DNA from: a virus
Taxonomy: Duplodnaviria; Caudoviricetes
Length of the DNA stretch: 64,000 nt
Reading direction: 5' to 3' (one strand)
IMG/VR virus record: IMGVR_UViG_3300024331_000207
Coordinates: 33,653-97,652 of that record
Shown: in pieces, positions 16,791 to 25,822 of the stretch
Numbering within the stretch: the stretch's first letter is position 1
Layout: each line of letters begins with the position of its first letter
Position numbers and translations under genes: made by a program
The notes under the pieces: generated by a model
What the model was told of the DNA's origin: nothing
Databases searched by the model: none
The model's input: only the letters and a program-made list of their open reading frames with translations

Positions 16791-17219
16791 CAGTCCCGCC
16801 ACACCGCGCCACGCCCTGCGGAGCCGCTGCCTTGCCCGCCAGGCCGAACCTATCCTGCCGCCCCTGCCGATGCGCCCCTTCCCTTGCCGACGCCATGCGC
16901 GCCTGTCCGCTGCTGCCGATGCTGGCCTGTCCGAACGACCCCTGTGCCTGCCGCGCCGGACCTATCCGCCCCTGCCAAGCCACGCCGCGCCCAGCCATGC
17001 CGGGCCGGTCCCGTCCTCACCTGACCACGCCTGCCAGGCCTTGCCTTGCCGAACCCCGCCCCTGCAGGCCTTGCCGCGCCTGGCCTCACCTGACCTTGCC
17101 TGCCGATCCGCGCCTAGCCCGTCCCTGCCGTGCCAAGCCCTTCCCAGCCGAGCCGTGCCTAGCCAACCCTGCCATGCCGAGCCTTGCCTGGCCGGACCCT
17201 GCCTATCCGTGTCCATCCC
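16791..17219 (-). ncRNA. GGN-NN pentamer array (about 80 pentamers), candidate multi-guide RNA
   Basis: Strict 5-nt period, mostly GGC/GGT/GGA plus a variable dinucleotide; GGCA tetramer spacers at plus 17170, 17101, 17032, 16973, 16949, 16914, 16865; preceded by hairpin GTGAGC-CCG-GCTCAC at the upstream stop codon. Confidence 0.85.
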
Positions 17220-17235
17220 TATTCGTGAGCCGGGC

Positions 17236-17715
17236 TCACTCGCCAGATGCCGCTGCGTCCTGTTCACCCATCATGCTTCGCAGCGCGGCCCAGAATTCGG
17301 GCAGCGCCTGGTACCGTGCCCGGAGTGCGGCTATCTCTCTCGCCATCCGGCTGAGGAGGATGCGCCGCTCCAGGTCGGTTATCGATTCGGCCGCGACGTA
17401 CGTGCCTGGCGGCACCGTCCGGCCGACGTTGCGGCCCGCCTGGTACTCGCGCAGCAGGTACTGGCGCACCTCGCCGTCGGCAGCCTCCTCCAGGACCTTG
17501 AGCCGGCAGCTGCGGATGAGCGCCGTCGCCTGCGCGAACCTGTACCGTTCGGCAGCCTCGGCGTCGTTCCAGGTGAACCGGTCATGCAACGGGCTCCCGT
17601 CCGGCCGGGCCGCCTCAAGAACCGCGAACGCTGACACATTACCGCCCTCGTCCGCAAGCTGCCGGATCTCCCGGCGGACGGGATCGTCAGGCTGGATGAC
17701 CCTGATCACGGTCAC
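17236..17715 (-). CDS. Accessory protein coupled to the RAMP-like gene (159 aa)
   Basis: GTGA overlap; SPLHDRFTWNDAEAAERYRFAQA..LIR motif. Confidence 0.8.
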   Translation of the reverse strand: MTVIRVIQPDDPVRREIRQLADEGGNVSAFAVLEAARPDGSPLHDRFTWNDAEAAERYRFAQATALIRSCRLKVLEEAADGEVRQYLLREYQAGRNVGRTVPPGTYVAAESITDLERRILLSRMAREIAALRARYQALPEFWAALRSMMGEQDAAASGE

Positions 17716-18392
17716 AGCGTGACCTTGGTGATTTTGGCGTCCGCTGGCACCGTGAAGGTGCCGTAGCTGCCAGTCTTGGATTCCTTGGAGCCGGGGCGCC
17801 ACTCGCCGAGGCCGCTCAGTCCGGCCGCGTCGACCAGCGCGACGATGGTGTCGCTCTTATACAGGGCCGACGGGTAGGTGACGCTGAGGACCGCGCTCCA
17901 CGGGGAATACTGCGGCCGGAAGCGGATGTCGGCTACGCCTGACTCGTTCCTGGCGTAATCCTGCCGCATCGTCGGCTCGGCGGGCTTGAGTGTCGCAGGG
18001 TCACCCGTCCACTCGCCGTAGATCGGCACCAGGAGATCGCCGTCCTCACCGCCTTCGCCGTGCACGAAGATCGTCCGCTTGAGTGACTCCATGGTCAGCT
18101 TCTGTCCGGGGAAAAACCGCGCGGCGTCAACGACCGCGCCCTTGAATGCGACAGCCGGCATCCCGGAGCGACCGTCGGCGAAGAGGTGCATGGCTCCGCG
18201 GAACATCTCCTCGGGGTTCTTGTGCTCGCGCTGGACGACTTCGCCCATCTGCTTTGCCAGCATCTGCGCCTGGGCCTTGGCGCTGAATTTGTTAACGATC
18301 AGGGGGGTGAGTCCCTGGATCGGAATGCTGAGCGTTGCACGCCCGATGCGCTGCAGGGTGATCTGCGGCGGCTGCTGGGCACGTGGTGGCAT
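17712..18392 (-). CDS. RAMP/Cas7-like RNA-binding protein (226 aa)
   Basis: GGAGGG RBS; IPIQGLTPLIV (beta1, TPL), MPAVAFKGAVVDA (cf. IPGSSLKGALR), DIRFRP, C-terminal Gly loop GLSGLGEWRP...GSYGTFTV. Confidence 0.75.
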   Translation of the reverse strand: MPPRAQQPPQITLQRIGRATLSIPIQGLTPLIVNKFSAKAQAQMLAKQMGEVVQREHKNPEEMFRGAMHLFADGRSGMPAVAFKGAVVDAARFFPGQKLTMESLKRTIFVHGEGGEDGDLLVPIYGEWTGDPATLKPAEPTMRQDYARNESGVADIRFRPQYSPWSAVLSVTYPSALYKSDTIVALVDAAGLSGLGEWRPGSKESKTGSYGTFTVPADAKITKVTL

Positions 18393-18601
18393 GATGCCCT
18401 CCGTGATCGCTAGGCTGTCGCCGGTATTCCGACCGCTTGTCGGCCGGCCGCCTCGACGGCTACTGTAGCGCATGCGTTATGCTTCATGTACCCCGTTCAA
18501 CAGAAGGGGTCTGACACTCCAGCGAGAGGAGACGGCATGCTGAACCGGCATCTCATGCCCAGAGGCTAAGGAGCCAGCATGAGAGGGGGTGAGATCACCC
18601 C

Positions 18602-18751
18602 ATGCCACCGCACAAGGGCGGGAAGAAAAACCGCAAGCACAACCGGAACCGCAAGAAGTGCGCCAGGTACGCCGCCGAGCACCGGCGGACGAAGAACAAC
18701 CCGGCGCGCACGCAGCGGAACCCGGAAAGGACGCCGCACAGTGGCAGGTAA
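18602..18751 (+). CDS. Small highly basic protein (49 aa, not in ORF track)
   Basis: GGGGGTGA RBS; MPPHKGGKKNRKHNRNRKKCARYAAEHRRTKNNPARTQRNPERTPHSGR; small hairpin after the stop codon. Confidence 0.6.
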   Translation: MPPHKGGKKNRKHNRNRKKCARYAAEHRRTKNNPARTQRNPERTPHSGR

Positions 18752-19101
18752 ACTGAGGGCGGATGCCCTTCGCACCCTGGGAGCAGCCCCGGCCAGGCGC
18801 CGGGGCTGCTCGCTTCCCGGGTCACCGCTCCTTCGCCCGCTGCATCTCAACCAGCCACTCCTGGTCCGCGAGCCCGCACATCTCCAGGAGGTCGTGCCGC
18901 TCCCCGCGGTCCGCCGCATGGTCGTCCAGGGTCAGCGCGGCAGCAAGCCGGCACGCCGGCGGCACATCGTAGGGGGCGAGCGCGTCGCCCGCCAGCTTGT
19001 CCCGGCCCATCAGTCGCCCTTCTGCTTCACGGCTCAAGTGTAGCGCACTGTTTTCACGGCCACTCTTGCGCGGAGCGTAGCAGCGGCGTTACGATCCGCG
19101 C

Positions 19102-19626
19102 ATGACAACGATACGCAAACTCACGGTCACAGCAGCCGCCCTCGCCCTGGCAGCAGCCGGGTCCGCGGCCGCAGCCACCTCGGCGCCGGCTGCCCATGCG
19201 GCCATCACCGGCGAGATCCAGCTCGCTGAGGCGCCCACCTGGTGCATCACCGCCCTCAACGGGCTCAAGGCCGGCAGCGAACTTGTGCTCGGCGGCTGCG
19301 CGCAGGCGCAGTCGCAGATCTTCGCGCTCAACGGCGCAGGGGAACTCGTCAACGAGCAGGGCGGCCTGTGCGTCACCTACAACGGCGCCAACCACGCCGG
19401 TGATGGCAACTTCGGCCTGCTCGGGAACTGCGTGAGCGCGCAGAGCCAGATCTTCAGCGAAGAGCAGGTCTCCGGCGGCGTGCACTGGGTCATGCCCTAC
19501 CGCGTGGACTCCGCCGGCCATCACTGGACCGTGGACCTGAAGAACAACTTCATCGGGTTCAACTCCCACATCGACGAGGCCGGGGACGGCAACTACCCCT
19601 CAGAGAGGTGGGCCGGCCTCGGCTAG
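19102..19626 (+). CDS. Secreted ricin-B (beta-trefoil) lectin-like protein
   Basis: Signal peptide ending AHA; repeated C...SQIF and GLCV, final ERW; TTGCGC-N18-TACGAT-N6-ATG leaderless promoter. Confidence 0.75.
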   Translation: MTTIRKLTVTAAALALAAAGSAAAATSAPAAHAAITGEIQLAEAPTWCITALNGLKAGSELVLGGCAQAQSQIFALNGAGELVNEQGGLCVTYNGANHAGDGNFGLLGNCVSAQSQIFSEEQVSGGVHWVMPYRVDSAGHHWTVDLKNNFIGFNSHIDEAGDGNYPSERWAGLG

Positions 19627-20305
19627 CCCTGCGGGCGGGTCCCGGAACTCCCTGACCCGCCCCTCGTTGTCGAGCGGCACGTCTCCCGCGATGTGCAGCA
19701 CGTCCGGGTTATCCGGGTCGATGCCGAACACGTGCGTCTCGTCCACCATGGAGACGTCGAGGATGACTGCCTCGTCGATGATCCGGATGCCGGCCCCGTC
19801 CAGGTGGCTGTTGATCACCAGCAGCCGCGTGCACAAGATCACGGCACCAGGCTGACTGACGGGGGCAATATCATCATGACCTGCCGCTGCTGTGCCTCGA
19901 TCCTCGCCATGGCCTCGCTAAATCCGACGGCGGGGTGCACCGGGCACGGCCAGGCGCTTCGCCGCCTGCACAGGCACACGTGCGGATCGGGCTCGAAACC
20001 GGTCGGCGCCGGCATCATGGGCATGCCGACAGGCCGTACCTGCTGCGGCTCGTTCCAGTCAGGCGCGGGCAGCGTCAGGCCGAGCATCAGCCGCGCTATC
20101 AGGCGGCCTGGCCAGGCGGGGCCGATCTGAGCGCCGCTGCCTGAGCTACTCACCAGCCCCCCGCCGCCGCTCGTAGATCCTCTTCTCCAGCCACCCGTAG
20201 GCCATTCGCCGGCCCGCGGGCGTGTCCAGCGGCAGGTCCGGGATGGGCAGGTCCAGCTCCCGGCACTCGGCGAACTGCCTCGCCAGCGCGTCGGCCAGCT
20301 CGGCA

Positions 20306-21403
20306 TCATCCACCGAACAGCACCCCCGCCAGCTCCGGGTCGGCCTCGCGAATCTTCTGCCGCCACACCTCCACCCGGTCGGCCAGCGCCACCGGCCCGG
20401 CCTCGGTGTCGGCGCCCTTGACGGTGGCCATGTCGGTGACCATCCGGCTCACCTCGTCCGAGGTAAGGTCGCTGGCCGCCAGGATCGGCCGGCCGCAGAA
20501 CGCCGTGCACGCCTCCAGTACCGCGGTCTTGTGCTTGCGGGGCAGCCAGCCGAACCTGGCGAACTCCTCAGACAGGCGCTGCTGCTCCTCGCGGGAGGCG
20601 GGGCCGGGCAGGCGCATGTCCGCCAGGTCCTCCTCGATTGCGGCGACCGCGTCGCCGCGGGTCTCGGCCTGCTCCAGCGGACCGCGATAGGACTTGTCCA
20701 GCTCCTGCAGCTCGGCCACCAGTGCCGGGGAGGGCCCCGGCTCCGAAGCGGGGGGCGACGGAGCCGGGGCGGCACCCGCAGCGGCAGCAGGCGCCGGCCC
20801 GCCCGGGGAAGGCGGCGGGCCCTGCGGGGAAGGGTCCTGCGGCGGCGCAGCCTCCATCAGGTCGAAGCCCATCGCCACCTCGGGGGCGCTGCGGCCGACG
20901 GCGCGCGCCGCTGCGCGCCAGAACAGCATGTCCTTCTGCCACAGCTGCCACGGCATCGGCTTGCCCTCGTATGACAGCGCGACGATCTCCCCGTCCTGCT
21001 CGGCGACCAGGCCGGCCGTCAGCGCGTCGGCGATGGTGAACGTTGCGCTGTAGTTGCGCGGGTTGTCCCCGCGCTTGATGAAGAACGTGCAGCCCTCGGC
21101 GGTCTCCTCCCACCAGTAGTCGTGCCCGGCCTTGCGCAGCCGGGCCAGCAGGTACCGGCCGCGCAGCTGCGGCTGCCCCCCGGCCGGGAAGTAGATCTCC
21201 CGCGCCGCCTGCACCAGCGACATGCCCATCTCGCGGGCCATCAGGTGCAGGTGCAGCACGTTCGCGGGCTTGCCGCGCAGCGCGGCGGGCAGCAGCCCGG
21301 ACTGCGAGATCACGTCGCAGAAGCGCAGCGCCTGGTCCAGGTCAGTGATGTCATCGAGGCTCACGGGCTGCGCCTGCCGACGGGCGGGGAGGTTTTCGGT
21401 CAC
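20306..21403 (-). CDS. RecT-like single-strand annealing protein
   Basis: SGLLPAALRGKPANV, FTIADA..AGL, W...DMLFWRA..R..R..APEV motifs; TAGGAT-N6-GTG leaderless start. Confidence 0.75.
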   Translation of the reverse strand: MTENLPARRQAQPVSLDDITDLDQALRFCDVISQSGLLPAALRGKPANVLHLHLMAREMGMSLVQAAREIYFPAGGQPQLRGRYLLARLRKAGHDYWWEETAEGCTFFIKRGDNPRNYSATFTIADALTAGLVAEQDGEIVALSYEGKPMPWQLWQKDMLFWRAAARAVGRSAPEVAMGFDLMEAAPPQDPSPQGPPPSPGGPAPAAAAGAAPAPSPPASEPGPSPALVAELQELDKSYRGPLEQAETRGDAVAAIEEDLADMRLPGPASREEQQRLSEEFARFGWLPRKHKTAVLEACTAFCGRPILAASDLTSDEVSRMVTDMATVKGADTEAGPVALADRVEVWRQKIREADPELAGVLFGG

Positions 21404-21435
21404 CCGGCTATCCTATGCCCGGCATAAAGCGTGCG

Positions 21436-21879
21436 CTACCCGGTTCGCCCTCTCCGCCCGTTCCGGCTGCCGTTGCCGTCCGCGGCCAGCCGCGGGTCGG
21501 CGCGCATCACCCGCAGCGACGTGATGAGGTAGCGGCGCTCGGCGTCGGTGGCGGCGGGGGTCTTCCACAGGTGCGCCTCGGTCTCGCCGGCGATCCAGGG
21601 CGGCATCCGTTCGCGGCCGAGCAGGTCGTGCCGCATGCGCAGGGCTTTCGCGATATCGTCGCGGCCCAGCTCCCGGGCGGTCTCGGGACGGATCTCCAGG
21701 GCGTCCAGCATCCTGGCCACCGTGCCCGCCGGCGCCGGCTCGCCGTGCTCGATCTGCCGCCACCGGGACTTGGAGATACCCGATTCACGGCCGGCGTCTT
21801 CCTGGCTCCAGCCCAGCTCCTCGCGCTGGAGCCTGATAAGATTCGCCAGCCGTCCGTCCGATTGAGGGGTGCCCCGCAT
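21436..21879 (-). CDS. XRE-family HTH repressor-like protein
   Basis: REELGWSQEDAGRESGISKSRWRQIEHG; divergent from the rightward operon. Confidence 0.85.
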   Translation of the reverse strand: MRGTPQSDGRLANLIRLQREELGWSQEDAGRESGISKSRWRQIEHGEPAPAGTVARMLDALEIRPETARELGRDDIAKALRMRHDLLGRERMPPWIAGETEAHLWKTPAATDAERRYLITSLRVMRADPRLAADGNGSRNGRRGRTG

Positions 21880-21899
21880 GGCTCTCTCCTGCCCTGTGA

Positions 21900-21990
21900 C
21901 GGGTGCGCTACCCAAGCATATCGCACATTAAACGGTCCTTAACTAGTTCTTAGTAAAGATTAGTGGCGCAAATTAACCCGAAGTGCTTGT
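21900..21990. promoter_or_regulatory. AT-rich divergent control region
   Basis: AT-rich island between the repressor-like gene and the rightward operon. Confidence 0.5.
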
Positions 21991-22106
21991 CCTGCCCGCT
22001 GCCAGGGGATAAAAAGGGCAGCAGCAGACCTTCCGGGAGCGTCCGAAGGACCGCCCGGGGGGCCTGCCGCCAACAGCGCGGGAGCAAGGGGGGCACGGTG
22101 GCGGTA

Positions 22107-22373
22107 ATGAGCCGGCCGGACGCGGTCCGGACAGCATGGAGCCTGATCACCCTGAACGTCCGGGTGCTGGCGCAAGGGCCCGGATCGGTGCCCGACGAGG
22201 ACTTCGCCGCCGCCGCCTCCGCCATGGAGAACCCCGCCGACTGGGGCGCGGTCGTCGCCGTGCTCGCCGAGCTGGCCGCCGAGGGCTGGGTCAATCACCA
22301 CGGCACGGCGGACGAGGGCCTGGAGCACTGCGCTGAGGTCGCGCTGATGCTGGCAGCCGACGGTGCCCGCTAA
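22107..22373 (+). CDS. Hypothetical protein
   Basis: First gene of the rightward operon; overlaps the next gene. Confidence 0.6.
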   Translation: MSRPDAVRTAWSLITLNVRVLAQGPGSVPDEDFAAAASAMENPADWGAVVAVLAELAAEGWVNHHGTADEGLEHCAEVALMLAADGAR

Positions 22374-22746
22374 GCCCCCGCAGCGGGCCGCGCTGCCCGC
22401 CCCGCCCCCCGGCGCCGTCGTCACCGCCTGGGCCGCGCTGCTCGACCCCGCCAAGCAGCTGTCCCCGCAGGCCGCCATCGTCTGCCTGCTCAACGTCAGC
22501 TGGCTGCGCTGGCAGCTGTACGCCATGGAGCTGAACGCGCAGGTCGAAGCCGCCCGCGGCGACAGCCCCGACGAGTTCGCCGCCGCCGGCCTGGTCACCG
22601 AGAAATACCTGGCCTACAAGGACGAGACGCTGCCCCAGGGTGAAGAAGTCAGGGCACTGGTGCAACTGGAAGGCGCAGAACGAGACCGCTGCGCAAGGCT
22701 TGCCAAGGACGCCATGAGCATGGGGATAACAGGTGGGGACTGGTGA
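22363..22746 (+). CDS. Hypothetical protein resembling the C-terminal part of actinophage small terminase-like proteins
   Basis: EEVRALVQLEGAERDRCARLAKDAMSMGI; the resemblance is from memory only. Confidence 0.4.
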   Translation: MPAKPPQRAALPAPPPGAVVTAWAALLDPAKQLSPQAAIVCLLNVSWLRWQLYAMELNAQVEAARGDSPDEFAAAGLVTEKYLAYKDETLPQGEEVRALVQLEGAERDRCARLAKDAMSMGITGGDW

Positions 22747-23330
22747 ACGACAGCGACCTGGCCAGGATCTGCGCCGACCTTGGCCACTGGATTGCCGTCG
22801 CGGAGACGCTCCTCGCGCAGGCCGACTGCGTGCCCACCGAGTCCACCGCGTTCACCCCCTTCTCTCGGCCGCCGTGGAACAGCGAGGTCGCCTGCGCGCT
22901 GTTCGACACCCACGCGATGATCCGCGACATCGAATCGGAGATGCGCCAGGAAGTCTCCGGCACCGTGGCGCGCCGCTCGCACCGCTCCGGCAACACCGGC
23001 CCGGTGCTGGCGGCCATCACCGCCATGGAAGTGGCCGTCACCCGCCCGACGCTGCGCCGGGCGCAGCGCGAGCTGGGCAAGGTGGCGCTGCGCATCCGGC
23101 AGCTGCCCGCCGTCGATGAGGCGCTGCGCTGGGAGCGGCTGCGCAACGCGCCCGATGAGATGCCGCCGGCCTGCCCGTACTGCGAGTGCTATTCACTGAA
23201 GGTCGCGATCGTGGCGGGGCTCGTGGCCTGCTTCAACCCGTCCTGCGCCGATGATGACGGCGAGCGCCCGACGGCGCGGCTGGACATCTCCCGGCTGGAC
23301 GGCAGCCCCGTGCTCGCCTGGGGGCACTGA
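22743..23330 (+). CDS. Zinc-ribbon phage protein (possible late regulator)
   Basis: RPPWN, CPYCECYSL...ACFNPSC. Confidence 0.6.
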   Translation: MNDSDLARICADLGHWIAVAETLLAQADCVPTESTAFTPFSRPPWNSEVACALFDTHAMIRDIESEMRQEVSGTVARRSHRSGNTGPVLAAITAMEVAVTRPTLRRAQRELGKVALRIRQLPAVDEALRWERLRNAPDEMPPACPYCECYSLKVAIVAGLVACFNPSCADDDGERPTARLDISRLDGSPVLAWGH

Positions 23331-23331
23331 C

Positions 23332-23565
23332 ATGAGCCTGCAATTGACATTGGCCCGCGCGGAGATGCGGGCCGCCGAGGAGAGCTGGCGCGACCACCGG
23401 CTGCACTGCCCGCTGTGCGACGCCGCCGTCCGGGAACGCAAGCTGGAACGGCTCTGCGGCGCCGGCGGCCTGGCCCGCGAGCGCTATGCGGAGGCGCGGC
23501 ACGCGGTGGAGCGCGAGCGCACCGCCGACCTGGCACCGCCGTCCGGAGCGGACCCGCTATGGTAG
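23332..23565 (+). CDS. Hypothetical protein
   Basis: H..HCPLC...LC pattern; operonic. Confidence 0.55.
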   Translation: MSLQLTLARAEMRAAEESWRDHRLHCPLCDAAVRERKLERLCGAGGLARERYAEARHAVERERTADLAPPSGADPLW

Positions 23566-23810
23566 CCCGGCACCGGCGCGGCGACGGCGAGGTGCTGCTC
23601 ACGCTGAAGGAGGCGGTCAGCGAGCTGTACCCGCCGATCACCGAGGAGCAGCTGGCCGGAATGGTGCACGTCACCCGGCTGCAGCCGCGGGGCTTCCGGC
23701 GCACCGGGGCGGCCGGGCGCCCGGCCCGCACCTACCCGATGGGCAAGCTGTACGAGCTGCACCGGGTGCTGGTGCCGCTGCTGACGGAGTTCGCGCGCGA
23801 AGGCGCGTAA
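23559..23810 (+). CDS. Small HTH-like DNA-binding protein
   Basis: LLTLKEA...GRPARTY. Confidence 0.5.
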   Translation: MVARHRRGDGEVLLTLKEAVSELYPPITEEQLAGMVHVTRLQPRGFRRTGAAGRPARTYPMGKLYELHRVLVPLLTEFAREGA

Positions 23811-23831
23811 CAAGGAGAGACAGGAGAGCAG

Positions 23832-25385
23832 ATGGGCAAGAGGGAGGACCTGGCCCGCATCAAGGCAGCGGGCCGGATCTGCGAGGAGGCGGCCGAGTTC
23901 CCGACCGTCGGGCACCTGGACGCCATGCTGGACGAGCTGCGGCACATGCCGCGCACCGGGCGCGCAGCCGAACTCATCGACATGCTGCTGGATGAGCGAT
24001 GGCAGCTGACAACAACCTGACGGCGTACCAGAAGGGCTACGCCGCCGGCCGGGCAGCCGAGCGCAAGCGGTGGGCGGCGCAGGCAGTGCGGCTGCGCCGC
24101 GGGCTGCCCGAGCAGCAGGTGCGCCCGCGCCGCGACGTCCTGCTGGACCTGGACTCGGTCATCGACGTGCTCGCCAGGGCACTGGCCGAGGAGGACTGAC
24201 GGGCACGGTCACCTGCCTGCCGTGGGCATGCATCTACGTCAGGCGGGACGGCGAATGGGTGTGCCGCCGGTGCGGCCTATCCCGGGAAATAAGGAGGAAA
24301 TTGTGGCAACCTGGGGCAACTGGTACTGGCCGGCGTTCCTCTCGATATCGGGCTTCTGGGTCCTGACCGCGTTCGGAATCCCCGAGGGGATTGCGCTGGC
24401 GACGCACCCGGTGCAGCATGTCGACAACACCCTGTCCTGGTACGCGCGCCACGAGCTGCACGTGGGAATCGCCACCGCCGGGAACATCCACACGCTCGCC
24501 TGGTGGCTGTCCTTCCTGATGTGGATGATGTTCGTCATCTTCATCACCGGCCACATCTGGATGGACCAGTTCGGATGACAAGCCTCTGCCGCGGCTGCCT
24601 GAACCGCAGGGGCCGCACGGGAGCGTGCCCGCTGTGCATCGCCTGGCGCCTGGCGCAGGAAGGAGAGGCCGGTGTCCAACAGGATGAAGCTCAAGAGGCG
24701 GACCGAGCCGGTGCAGTGTGACACCTGCGGCCTGCGGTTCGCCACCGTGACCGACCGGGAGCAGCACTGGAAGGCCCTCCCGGACGGCCGCGGCTGCCTC
24801 AGCGTCAGGAGCATGACCGGGATCTTCGGGTTTTACCGGACCAGGGGCGCCTGGCGGCTGCCGGGGTGACGGCGCATGACTACTGGGAAGACCTGTGCGA
24901 GCAGGCCGGCCGCTGCCTGGAGTGGTTCACCTGCATGGACTGCGACCGCTGCTACTGCGACTGCCGCTGCCTGCGGTGGTTCTACCGGGACGAATACGGG
25001 CAGGGCCTCCGCGGCCACAAGGTGGACACCGTGCGGCTGAGATCGGGGTACCTCTGATGCGGCGAGACGGGCGCATTACACTCCAGGGTGAAAGCACTCT
25101 ACCTGATACGGGACGGTTCAGATGGCTAAGACTATCGGCGACGGCGACAAGACCGACTTCGACGAGACCCGGCGGCTGCTGTACATGGCGCTGCTGTCCG
25201 GCCGCACGAAGCGGTACAACCTAGCGGGCACCCTGGTCAATGCGCTGGTCCACCACCATGCGGTCGGCCTGTCCGCCGCCGAGGTGGCCGATCACGTCGT
25301 GAGCGTCGTCGAGGGCGGCGATGACGGCGGCCGAGCCTGGCTGCAGGAGCAGATCGACCGCATCACGGCCGAGCTGGGCGACTAG
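23832..25385 (+). other. Run of small rightward hypothetical genes
   Basis: 23832-24020, 23999-24199, 24303-24578 (2 TM), 24672-24869 (C2H-type zinc), 24866-25057 (Cys-rich), 25122-25385; RBSs and overlaps. Confidence 0.55.
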
Positions 25386-25393
25386 AGTGCGTG

Positions 25394-25822
25394 ATGCCCC
25401 GGCCCCGTTACGGCTCCGCTCACCGGCGGGCGCGCGACGCGATCATCCCGTTGGTGCAGTGGGGCGTCACGCCCTGCTGCCGGTGCGGCCACCCGCTGGA
25501 GCATGGCGACAAGGTGGACCTCGACCACCGCGATGACGGCAGCCCCGGGTACCTCGGCCTGTCCCACAACTCGCCCTGCCGGGTCTGCAATCAGCGCTGC
25601 AACCAGGTGGCCGGCGGCCTCAAGGCAGCGGAGATGGCCGGCTACAAGCCCAGGGACCGCAAGTGCGTCATCTGCGGCAAGCCCTACCGCGCCTCGCGCG
25701 GCACCGACGGCGCGAGCACGGTAACCTGCGGAGCACGCGAGTGCGTCACCGAGATACGCCGGATCAGGAAGGCCCGCCAGCCAGACCCGGAGCCGCCGCC
25801 CGTCACCGGAAGGACGTACTGA
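25394..25822 (+). CDS. HNH endonuclease with an extra C-terminal zinc finger
   Basis: CCRCGHP...VDLDHRDD...GLSH...CNQ..G; CVICGKP...TC...C. Confidence 0.75.
   Translation: MPRPRYGSAHRRARDAIIPLVQWGVTPCCRCGHPLEHGDKVDLDHRDDGSPGYLGLSHNSPCRVCNQRCNQVAGGLKAAEMAGYKPRDRKCVICGKPYRASRGTDGASTVTCGARECVTEIRRIRKARQPDPEPPPVTGRTY

Noticed and set aside
16791-17219. Canonical CRISPR array or simple microsatellite
   Set aside because: No 23-47 bp identical repeats with spacers. The dinucleotides vary unit to unit, unlike slippage repeats. A two-tier G-quadruplex is possible but does not explain the 5n+4 punctuation.
16757-17722. ORFs across the pentamer array (16757-17722, 16870-17634, 16850-17089, 16962-17267) and the N-terminal extension of 15799-16998
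   Set aside because: Low-complexity translations produced by a stop-poor 5-nt repeat, with no RBS. The nuclease has a better start at 16758.
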